Shown: positions 12,698 to 24,104 of the stretch, in pieces
Numbering within the stretch: position 1 is the stretch's first letter
Layout: every line of letters starts with the position of its first letter
NCBI GenBank assembly: GCA_004022145.1
Contig: RCNU01000005.1
DNA: 64,000 bases
Direction: 5' to 3' (one strand)
Source: Paecilomyces variotii
Taxonomy: Eukaryota
Made by a program: the position numbers and the translations under genes
Notes under the pieces: generated by a model
The model's database searches: none
Told to the model about the DNA's origin: nothing
What the model saw: the letters and a program-made list of their open reading frames with translations, nothing else

Positions 12698-13008
12698 CTA
12701 CCTACTCCCCTTCTCCACACTCGCCACCCGAACAGTCAATTTCCTCTCTAGTTCTTCTTGATCTTTCTCCGTCGGTGCTAGACCCAGTGCATTCTCGACT
12801 TCTGGCGACGCCCACATCCCAATCGAAGCCCAGGCCATTAGTCCTAGGCCGAAAACGAGACGCGTTTTGGGAGTCAGGGCGCGGTAGGAGCTGTAGTGTA
12901 GTATCAAGAGAGAGAAATGTTAGTCAAAAAGGACTTGGGTTTGGTTTGGTTTGGTTTGGAAGTTTGAGGTCTGAAAGGAGGAAGGGACTCTCACCTCCAG
13001 AAAGACAT
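12698..13008 (-). CDS. Small (68 aa) single-pass membrane protein of unknown function, two exons
   Basis: Exon 1 13008-12995 (ATGTCTTTCTGGAG), intron 12994-12891 (GTGAGA..CTAAC..TACAG), exon 2 12890-12698. Product MSFWSSYRALTPKTRLVFGLGLMAWASIGMWASPEVENALGLAPTEKDQEELERKLTVRVASVEKGSR: basic N-terminus, one hydrophobic helix, charged tail. Confidence 0.8.
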
Positions 13009-13879
13009 GTTGTTGGACCTCGCTGACTTAACGCAATACCAAAATGAAACCGCAATGTAATTGAGAGCAGATACAAAAAGCTCGTGGATGCTGAAGCTGA
13101 AGTCGCGGGGAAACAAGAATCGCAGAGACGGCGACAAAAGTCTTGGCCTAATTCTAAACTCCGATCCGTTCTCCGAGCGGAAAGCTTAGGTACTCTACTA
13201 ACTAAACCAGACAACATTTTGTATCGTAGGTATAGTAGAACCCTTTTAATTGAATGCGATATGGATTATAATATAGACAACATAGAAATCGGTCATTATA
13301 CTATATAACGATACTGGTAATCCTCATATTTATCAATATATAGCTACTTGGACGTAATTGGTTCTACCTTGGTGGTTTTGCTTGGATTATATAACTAGGG
13401 AAGATTAACTAGTTAGTTAGATATCTAAGCTTTTTCCAGACTCGAATGAAGAGAACAAGGGCAATGCTCTATTTACTCGAATCTAAGTGATTGCTCCAGT
13501 ATCATAATATTCTTCTTTGGCTTTGTATAGAAGCGATAGCGGGTGTTATCAGTCGATTAGTCTCTCGATATCGTCCTGGTTGTCGCTATGAACATGCCAC
13601 CAGAATATACGTACTACCTCTACTAACGTCGCTGCCAACATTTTGGAATATTATCAATAGACTATGGATAACTCGCTAACTATCTGAATTAGGGAATCTC
13701 AAACTGTACGTGTACAAAACAGGACTTCAACACATAACCCGTCGCCACTCTCATTTTCTAACGCATCAGATTCAAATACAAGGGATGTCTGTTGCGGCGA
13801 GGAACACATGCTGCGTAATTGGTATTATAACGGCAGAAAGCAACTTATCCGCCGGGTAGGATATATCAGGTCGTTCAAT

Positions 13880-16175
13880 CTAGTTCTTTCCGTATGCGCG
13901 GTCAATGTCCTTCTGGAAGTGAGAAATGATCTTCTTGCGCTGGAGCTTCTGCGCGGCGGTCGTGAATCCCTATTCGACGCATATTAGTATCCATGCCAAA
14001 ATCAACAATGTCAGCTGTACTCACGTTCTGCGGGTTCCACTCCTCATCAGACATGACGACACCGTCGATAATCTCAATGCCCTTGAGACCACCTGCCCGG
14101 CCTGCCTGCTGAAGAGTCTTCAGAACAATAGACTTCAGCTGCTCGTTGTGAACAAGGGCCTCGAGGGTACCCTCCTGGATGCCGTTCTCCTTGGCGAGCT
14201 TCTGCAGAGTAGCCTCCACGGGGACGATAATAGCGATCGGCTTGGTCTGGTCCTCTGCAGCGAACACGCAAATGTTTGCTACGACAGGAGCGGATCGGTA
14301 GACCGATTCCAGTTTCTCCAGAGCAATGTATTCACCGTTCAGCGTCTTCACCAGGTTCTTCTTGCGGTCGATGATTCTCAGATGGCCATACTTGTCGAAC
14401 TCGCCGATGTCACCGGTCATGAACCAGCCATCCTCCGTAAACGAGGACTTCGTTTCTTCCTCGTTCTTCCAGTAACCACCGGTAACACTGCCGCCCCGGA
14501 TGAAGATCTCACCCTGTGGAGGATCATTCTTCGTGAAATAGCCAGCTTCCGGGAAGTCGACGAGCTTGACTTCGACCGACGCGGGGATATCACCCAGCGC
14601 ATCAGGGTTCCAGGCCAACGGGTCGTTAAGCGCACCCATGGCGGCGGTCTCAGTCAACCCGTAACCACTGATCATGGGTGCGATGGCCAGCGACAGGAAT
14701 TTCTGGGTCTCTTTGGAAATGGGACCACCTCCGTTCATCGTGATACGGAGACGACCTCCGGTAGCCTCCTTGAGCTTCTTGAACACGATCGCATCGAGAA
14801 GGTTGGCGCCAATTCCAGATCCAGGGATACCGGTGGATAGCAAGAAATTCTTCGCGGCCAGTGCGCCCCAGAACATGTTCTTCACAATGAAGTTGTTCTT
14901 GTTCAGGTTGCTCAACACACCCTTCTTAACCGACTCCCAAACGGCGGGCACTCCGACCAGAATGGTGGGCTTGAACTCGCGAATATCACCCTTGCAGTTG
15001 CGCACCGAGGAATCAGAAAGGGTCTTGGGGTTTCCGTAACCCATAGTACCACCCCAGAAGAGACACAGGTTCTCGAACATGAATTCCAAGATGTGAGCTT
15101 GCGGCAGATAGGTGAGCAGTCCGTCCTTCGGACCGATGTAGTCACCCACGATGGCGTTGACACCGGCAACTGAGAAAAGACGTCAGTTCTATAGACAAAA
15201 AGGTAGATGGGTACTGATATTTGGCTTACCAGCTGCAATAACGTTCTTGTGACTCAGGGAGACTCCCTTGGGGGGTCCGGTCGATCCAGACGTGTACATG
15301 ATACAGCAGAGTTCCTCCGGGTCCGGGGGCACGGCATCAACGGGGTTCTCCTCGCCCATTTTCCTGAGTTCCTCGATGCTGATGATGGTCAAGTAGTCAA
15401 ACTCAGCCTTGAGCTGGTCCAGGTGCTCCTTCTTGGCCTCCGTATCGGTGTTGTAGATGACGTGCTTGATGGACTTGACATCCGGCAGAACGTTCTTGAG
15501 CGACGGGATCAGCTGAGGGTCGAGGAAAATGGCTTCACTCTCGGTCTGCAGCAGGGAGTGCTTGAGACCCTCTTCACCGAGAGAGTCATAGGCGGTCACA
15601 AAGGTCAGCGATTGAGAGGCCGATGCGTGAGACATGGCCAGCCAATGGGCGCTACAAGGGATCTATCAGCATATGGCAACTTCTCGATCGTTTCAATGAC
15701 GGGAAAGGCTATCCTCATACCTGGTTGCACCATAGAGGTGGATCTTGGATCCCTTCCCAAGGCCTAGCTTCCTCAATCCCGCACCGAGCTGGAGGGCCAG
15801 CTTCTCGTACTCGATGAAGCTCTTGTACTCGTAGCCGCTGAGCTCAAAGTACGTCCACTGCTTGTCGACCTCCTTCTCGACGCCGTCGACGATCTTCTTG
15901 ACCTTCTTGTTCTCGACATGGGTCTTGATGATGCGGCGCGTGCCCACGGCCTTTGCGTTTCCAAACTTCTCGGCCGCTCTCTTGATCACATCATATGTGG
16001 TTGCGACGTCTTCGGCCGGGCGCAGGATCAGCTTGTCCTTGGCCAGCGGGTTGCGACGGGGGATCGTCTCTCCTTCCTTCTTTTCATAACCGGAGGCCTC
16101 GACGGTGAAGGGCGGTTTCTTCACCATGCGAGGTTGGATATACAGATCCTTCAGGTATGCCTTGTCGTTCGACAT
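13880..16175 (-). CDS. faaA: Long-chain-fatty-acid--CoA ligase (Faa1/Faa4-like)
   Basis: AMP-binding motif IMYTSGSTGPPKGV, plus YLPQAHILE, GYGLTET, GWFMTGDIG, IIDRKKNLVKTLNGEYIALEKLE. ATG 16175; introns 15720-15652, 15229-15170, 14024-13970; ends ..DIDRAYGKN, TAG at 13882-13880. Confidence 0.95.
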
Positions 16176-17693
16176 CTTGAACACTCACGAGGTCTTCGAG
16201 GGCGACGGGAGAGGTAGTAGGTAGGTGTTCGCTCCCTCGAACTGTTTTCTCTTGAATGGATCAGTCCGGTGCGCTCGGACGGTTTTACACCAATTACACA
16301 AGGGTTGACAACATACCGGAGCTACCAGCGGAAACGCGTCACGGAGAGGAGGGAAAGGGAGATGATCAAAGGGAATGGAGATGTTTATCTTGGGGTATCC
16401 AAACTCCTCGTTGATGATAGCTGGGGAGGAAGTTGATGACGGAGGGGGGAAAGGGCGAGGTCCACAGCCGGCTTGGAGATTTAGTTCGCCTTGGGAGCTG
16501 GCGGGTATGAAGTCAGCGAGAGTTTGTTGTCGCCAGGGACGCTGCGGTCAGGCATCAGCACGGGACAACACGTTATTATTATTTTTATTTTTATTACTTG
16601 CCTACAATAAGTTAATAATAATATTATTAGGAGTCTGGAGAGAGTGACTACATAAATAATAGTAGTATTAATTATTATTATTACTGCTGCTAGCCAGCGC
16701 AGAAACCGACAGAAGTGTCTCTCTCTCTCTCTCTACATCTCCAAGCTCTCGCAGTCCCAGAACAACGATTGGACGACTCGTCCCGGGTGGCTACCGATGC
16801 CGTCACCGCCTGCGGAACTTTTATCGCCTGAAGAACCAAATTTAAATGATGATGACGATGAAGTACTACTACTTAATTAAAGAGAACGCCTTCTTTGTTC
16901 CAACTTCTCTGGCTGGCACACTTGACGATTGGATCGCCCCGATCTCTGCAGTGCTCCAAGATCGGACCATCTGGCCCTTCCAGATCTCCGATCGCGGGAT
17001 ACACACACCACTTAGGGCGTGCCTGATTGTAACAAGGCCTGCAGCATCGCAACGCACTAGATCTAGAGTCCCTGGAAGAAGAGGATTCGATCCACTCTAG
17101 CTCCGTTTTTTTGTTGGGCTTTGGCCCCAACGCGAACTCTTTGGTCGAATTATTTACTTGGCAGTACGAATTTAATCAGATAACTACGTACTAGATATAA
17201 ATATATAACCAGACAATAATAAGAAATGTTTCTATAAGAACTCTAGAACAAGCACTCATGGTATGATGATATCTAACTAATGGCGAATCATATTATTAAT
17301 GTTAACTTGAATCCAGTCCACTGATCTGAGTCAGCAACCCAGTCAATCCACAATTCAATCTCGAGAAATCAATAATGAATAATGCTGCTCACGTGCTCAT
17401 AGACGGTTTTTATCCACATTCACATCTCTCTAGAATATTAATATGAATCTATTTTCATCACTTAGATAATAATACACCTTAATTTTGTTTGTTATCTTCT
17501 ATTTTTATCCTTCTTTCTTTCGCAGAATCTCACTTTGCCAACATTATCCATCCTTCCAAGAAAACTTTTCTTAGAAGAAAAAAGACCACAACTAGCTACA
17601 ACTCCCACCAAACTACGTAGCAGCCATCAAACCTCCCCCACAGCCTATCTACTGAACGAACCGGCAGATTAATTATCTTTTATCCCGCACAAA

Positions 17694-19089
17694 ATGACAC
17701 TCCAACCTTTCCTCGACGCCATTGGTCAGGAAGTTGAAGATGTAGAGGAGGGTACGTCGAAACTCGATCACTTGCTTGCCTTTCTTTCTCATCTTCAACC
17801 TACCTCTCTCTCTCTCTCTCTCTCTCGTATACGTATCATGTATTATATACCTAGAAAGATGTAGCTATTACCCATCCCATCCCATCCCTACCCCATTGAA
17901 AATCAAAACCTGTAAACCAACAACCAAAAAGACAAAGACAAACCGATCCGCAAAACTGAAACTGAACTCTCTCTTCTCCGTGAAAAATATATAGAATGTT
18001 TCGAACTCTTCTCCCGTGACATCCCCTCTGCGAACTTAGGCTTCGTCGACTCACGCGCTACCACCATCGACGTGACTATTCACGGAAACGACTTTACCAT
18101 CCACCAGTCTCCTACTTTACTCTCCTCGACTCGTGCGGGGGGCACAACTGGCGCAGGTATGTCATGGCTCGTTGGTTTTTGTTCTTTCTTTGTTCCAATA
18201 CCTCAAGTATTATACATACATACATACATACTGATGCTCTAGTTACTCATGTATAACTATAACTAATACTAACGTTGTTTCCAAACCAGTCCTCTGGAAA
18301 ATCACCCCCCTCTTCGCAGAATGGATCTCCAACCCCACCAATTCCAATCCCTTCTGGTCGTCTTCCATCCTCCACCCTTCCTCCACGGCCGTTGAGCTAG
18401 GGTGCGGCATCTCGGGCCTCGTCGCACTGGCCCTCGCCCCATCGATCGGTCACTACATCGCCACGGACCAGGAGTACGTGCGGAGATTATTCCGTGCGAA
18501 TTTGGATGAGAATATTCAGACCGCTAGCAGTAGCAGATTAGGCTCTTCTTCTTCTTCTTCTTCTTCCCGAGGGGGACCACGGACGCATACCCAGAATAAT
18601 AAACAAAAGCGCGGAAACAAACCTACTGCTACTGCTGCTGGTACGAAAGGAACCAATAACATAACCTTCACCCCTCTAGATTGGGAACTCGACGCACCAT
18701 CCACTCTCAAAGAGACAATTCAAACCGAACAACTCCCCTCATCATCATCTTCATCATCATCATCAGAAACACCCGATCTCGGCTTCGACCTCCTCATCTC
18801 CTGCGACTGTATCTATAACGAATCCCTCGTGGCGCCATTCGTTCGTACATGCGCTGATATCTGCCGGTTACGGCCTGCGTATGTGTCTGATTCTGAGGAT
18901 GCGGGTTCACGACCGACTGTGTGTGTGATCGCGCAGCAGCAGCGGTCGCCGGATGTGTTTGAGACGTGGTTGCGGGAGACGATGAGGTATTTTCGCGTGT
19001 GGAGAGTGAGTGATGAGGTGTTGGGGAGGAAGTTGCAGGCTGGGACGGGGTATTTGGTTCATGTGCTGCTTGTTAGAGGGGAGGAGTAG
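17694..19089 (+). CDS. RKM5: Seven-beta-strand protein-lysine methyltransferase (Methyltransf_16 family), Rkm5-like
   Basis: ATG 17694; introns 17752-17994 and 18157-18289. Spliced protein has IHQSPTLLSSTRAGGTTGAVLWK, VELGCGISG (SAM motif I), TDQEYV, LDWE, ISCDCIYNE. Confidence 0.8.
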
Positions 19090-20004
19090 TATAGACTCAA
19101 TGTGATTCATGACATGATAGTTAGTTATGTCATAGATACAGATACACATACGGTATGATGCTCTTAATGCGAGAAAAAGAAAGATGATAGAGTTTTAACC
19201 TCGTATTCAGTTGAATTCAATTTATATCTCCGAGAGAGATACGCCAAGTAGAGTAATAACGGAACCGTCCGGACTACTTCTTCTCATCAAGACCACACAT
19301 CAGGTGAGATCAAAATAGAACACAACCACCCTCCATCCAGCTGTATGTCATGGACGCTATAGATAATAATCATCAGGAAGGGAAAAAAAAAAGAAAAACA
19401 TCAGGAGTATCAAGTTTGAATTGAATTCAATAAAAAAAAGAAACGAAGAAAAGCATAATACCGGTGAGATGGATATTGTTGATATCGGAAATACGAAAAA
19501 GGAAAATCATTCACAGAAAAATAAAAAGTCTGATCGTAATGATAATGGTAGGAAATATCCACAGAGCCGACCCAAATAACTGACTGATCAGATGCTAAGA
19601 TGATAACGCAAGAACGAAAATGGAAATGCATATAGGGAGGAACCGCCAAGACGACTCAAACACGCTATGCAATGGACGATGCTTCTGAGTAGAAGACAGA
19701 ATGCAGAACCAGTGAAGAAACGAGAAGATATGATGCCGATTTGGAAAAGAAATGTTGTGTTGCTGAGACATGCTAAATGACAATGATGCGGTTGTCGTCC
19801 GCAGATTATAAGGCAGGATCTCTTATATCTGCGAAGTCTGACGCAAACACGAATACTGATCAGAGCTAGAGGACGTGACCTTGAGGGGTTAATGGTAGAA
19901 TAATAATATTAATCCATATTAGCGTGGGATAATCTGATTATCCTCGTGGTGACTCTGTCTTTTTTCTTTTTCTTTCTTTTTTTTCCGATTGCCATGGAGT
20001 AAGA

Positions 20005-21411
20005 TTAATTATTAGGAACAGGCTCTTTGGCCTCATCGCCGGTACTGTTGGCCGGTGCTTGTGGTTGAGCAGATGGCTCTGTAGTATGATCCTTAGGGGG
20101 AGTATGAGACGGGGCCTTTTCTGCTGTTTCGGAAATAGCAGGCGTAGCCGTCTCTCGAGGCTTCTCGGTATCATTATCAAGAATCGAGGAAATGGTCTGC
20201 TTCACAGAACCATTCGTCATCGGGTTGGGCTCTGCGTTTGTGCTGCAAGTAGACGGCACCTGTGGGGTGCTGCGGAGCTTGCTGGACGAGTCCTCCCTTT
20301 TGATGCCGTATGGATGCTTGAGGTCGTCATCGTCATCGTCAGAATCAGAATATACCGCTGGCGACTCCGAATGGCTTTCTTCTGTAGAGGCCCGGTTGAT
20401 CACTGTAGCCTGGAGAGGCGCACTGGGATCAAAAACCGTACCGCACAGTTCCAGCGCACGGGACTGGCTCCCCAGACTCCTGTCCTTATGCTTTTTCGTG
20501 AGATGGCACATGAAACCATGTAGTGTGACAAAGTCAGACTTTCCACAACCCGGCGCGGGGCAGTTCAAGTAGACCAGGCGGCCGTCGGAGGGACGCTTCC
20601 ACAGAGCGCGGCCGGCAGGATCATGACTGATAGGTCGTCCATGTCGCTCGCCCCAAGCCTCTACATTCTTAATCGTGTACTTTTGCTTCTTCCTGACATG
20701 ACCACCGTTAGGGTCCGTACTAGGAGGCGGTTGAGTAGGGATATGGGCAACGGGAGGCGGAAGAGTAGCAGGAACGGGTTCCTGGGGACTTTGCTGTTTG
20801 AAAAATGCCAGCGTCGTGGCAGCATTGGTCTCAGAGAGTCGACGTGGTGGGGTGGCACGGGGGGGAGAATCGACTCCGGAGTTATACGAGAGTCCCATGG
20901 ATTCCCGCTTCAGACGCTTTCTCCGTCGACGCAGTTCCTACGATCATGACATAAGCGACGAGCTTTGCAGTGGTATATTTAAGATGATTCTTACCTCTTC
21001 CTCTGCTTCTGCACTTTCTGTAATCATACGGAATTCCTCATCTTCACGCTTTCGGATGGCAAGCAGATGACTGCGGGCGGCCATGCGGGCGGCATCTTCG
21101 TGCTCCAGTTGGCGCAGACGGGCCTCGATCTGGTCAAGCTGGTTGGGAATCGACTGCGGTCCCAATAGCGGTCCGGACGGTGCAGGCGTTCCTTGGGGTC
21201 CCGGGTGTGCTAGAGGTTGTTGCTCTACAGGAGGGGGAGGATAGGGAGTGTGACGATAGTGACCCTGAGAGGGATCGTGAGCGCCCGAGTGATGCGGGTT
21301 GATAGCAATTGGGTGAAAACGAGGCATGTTCATTGTGATGTGGCCATGAACGAGACTGTTGAGGCCATTTTCAGCAACACCTGGGCCCACAGACGTGGTA
21401 GCTGCGGTCAT
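20005..21411 (-). CDS. Uncharacterised nuclear-type protein with coiled coil and one C2H2-like zinc finger
   Basis: ORFs 20944-21411 and 20005-20898 joined by an intron at about 20993-20938 (GTAAGA..TAG). Coiled coil QLDQIEARLRQLEHED, basic ELRRRRKRLKR, motif CPAPGC-x12-HLTKKH. Probable 5'-UTR intron at about 21656-21422. Confidence 0.8.
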
Positions 21412-24104
21412 GACGAGGTGACTATATTTGGAGATGATTTAGTATAAAATAACACAACTTCTAGTACATTTTTGGTGACACCAAAACAAAGAAAAATGCC
21501 CGTCCAAATAGATGGATTACGATGAACAACCAACAAGTGAGACAGGAGCATAGTAAGACTTGGGATATCTTGGGGTAAAAAGCAAAAAAGAACTAGACAT
21601 GATAACAAATCGGAGATCTCTTGATAGGGGCAACGACACTCAGGTGATTGACTTACTTTTGGACGAAGTTGGCAAGTTGCAGATAATCGGAAAAGTATCA
21701 ACTTAGACCCGGCCCTGCTCTGGAGGTGCCTAGGGCCTTTTTGGGTAAATGGTCCTCCGTACTGCAATAATAATGTGTAGTACTCCACCTTCGATGATCC
21801 TAGCAGATGGGAAGGGTATAATAATAATGATAGTATCCGTGACCAGGATGCAAAGTGACGAAAAGATGCGACGAGGACAACGTTATGCGTAGTGAGGAAG
21901 AAAAGGAAATGAATAATATGTAAGAGAAATGAAACTGAGCACTCAAGGGAGACGCGTGTGGGCGACCTCTGTTGGACGGCGTAATCTGACCCAACAGTTC
22001 ACGGAAGAAAATCCGCACTGTTACGGCACTAGTTTATAGGGCCAAGTGTGGTTTTTTTATTTTTTCTTGGTAAAGAAAAAAACAAAAAAACCAGGAACAG
22101 TGGAAAATGAAGGGTCTGAGGCGCTGTCTGGAATGAAACGAACTTTTTTTTTTTACTCTCTTATTTTAGCCTGGGACCGATCTGCTCTGTCACACCCCCA
22201 CCGATAGGAACTAGTAGTAATAGAACCAGATCAGCTCAGTAATATGATTGCTCCGTCTGGCTGACGATGATTGGCGAGAACTAGCAACAAGAGAGAAAGA
22301 GGGAAAGAAGAAGAAGAAGAGAAAAAAAGGGAACAACCGAGAAAGGAGGGCTGTGGCACAGATTGGAGTCTTATAGGGCCCTAAATAATAGACCGGGCAT
22401 CAACAATGTAGTAGTGCAGAAGCGGGTTGCATCAATAATCAGTACAAATGAAAGCAAGATAATGAGAAAAAAGAGTAAATTGAAGTGGAGAAGCTCTTCA
22501 AATGGAATTTCTGGGAGAACACGAGCAGACGATCGACGAATGGAAGGGGGTTCGGCAAAGTCATGCAACCCCTCGACTCTGTTTAGCTGACTCGAGTCTA
22601 ATTTTATTGATTTCTGGATGTGAGGGAGCACCGGCGTCTTTGCTGGGTCGTTCGCTGGTTCATGGTTCGACCAAGGGGATTACTCGTCCTGCGAGCGAGA
22701 CGCCAACTTGGGCAAGCGGACCCTCCCCCTAGGAGGCACTAATTAATGCCCGGCTCAGCAGAAAGATCCAAATCTCCCTTCTCCGTGTTCCTTTTTTTGT
22801 TGTCTATTATTATTATTACTATTATTATTTATTGTGATTCTATTTTTTCCCACTACTACTTCTGCGCTGCCAGCCCAGCTCAGCCCAGAAACAGAACGTT
22901 CTATGGTAAACGCCCCAGTGGAGCTGACACGGGATCAACAACCCCCAGATAAAGAAACAAGAAATTAGATAGATACATGTTAGTTATTATTGAAGAGCGC
23001 CTCTCATAGTTAAGTATTATTATTATTACTACTACTTTTCAATAACACCCTAACTAAACAGGTTCTGAAAGGGGGCTTCGGTTCAGAGTTCCCCGTCTAG
23101 ACTCTATCATCAAGTGCAAAGCATATTATTGCGCCCGGCCAGGACGGGATCCCAGACGCAGACATGGGGAATCCGGTTTCACCTCGTACTATAGAGTATA
23201 TTTTACTTATCACACCCCCGTGGGCGCGGAGCATCGGAGTGGATGCGCATCTGGTAGTGTCAAAAGACCATGGCACAAACAACAGAGCTCTCTGAAGCGA
23301 TGGCACCTGCTGCCAACGAGCGGTCGAGCTGGCCAATTCGCCTATGCAGAAAGGCATATCGACAGCCTCTGTGTGGATGGCGGGCTTTTAGCTCTGGATG
23401 GCGTATCAGCGTCCGCTTGCTGATTCGCTCGCGCTCGTTGTCAATCACATTTTTACAACCAAAGTTAATCACCTCGTACGGCCAAGTTGGCCAACTAGTA
23501 CTTGACCAGCGCCAACAAAACCAATAGCTGCCTGGTCCTTTTGAATCATACTGCAAGCATCATATCAAACTAGTTGATCATACGAACGACAATCCCCCGA
23601 TTACTACTTGATTACTCCCCAGATGCAAGGCGTTACTACTGCCACCCTGGCTCGCAAGGAGAGACACATGCGATCCAATCAGACCAGTCGAGAGGAGAAT
23701 TTCAGTATTTCTATTATCACATACACCGTAGCCAACCCACTTGACGTGGTTCCTGGCTGTTGTCATTAGTTACAATTGTAGACAGTTCCCTGCACCGTTT
23801 CTGGTGTCCCGGACTGCCCTCATAAAATGAAGAAGCGCTCACCCTGCGACCCCGCGGGCTACCCTACCACCCAGATAGAGAAGACAAAGTTCAGAAGGCT
23901 GAAACACCGACACACCAAAGACAAGAGCGTCCAGAGGAGGAATCAGTATGTGTACAGATCGTGCATGCCATAAGACAAGGGGAAAAAAAAAAGAAAAGGA
24001 AAATCTTTAAGAAGACATAAAACGAAAAATACAAAAAAAGAAATCCGAATGCACGGCTTTTTTCTTTTTAAATATGATCCAGATCAACTCGAGAAGTGAC
24101 CCGC

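Noticed and set aside
12418..13026. 202-aa + strand ORF
   Set aside because: Low-complexity, runs through microsatellites and lies antisense to the better-supported spliced 68-aa gene.
13902..14024. Intron-retention C-terminus of the acyl-CoA ligase as a cryptic peroxisomal isoform
   Set aside because: Neither the retained form (..PEGH) nor the spliced form (..YGKN) ends in a PTS1, and there is no TGA-CTA readthrough context.
17040..17112. tRNA-like 3' end (GGATTCGATCC..TAGCTCC followed by T7)
   Set aside because: No matching 5' acceptor strand, no D or anticodon arm, and the T stem does not pair properly.
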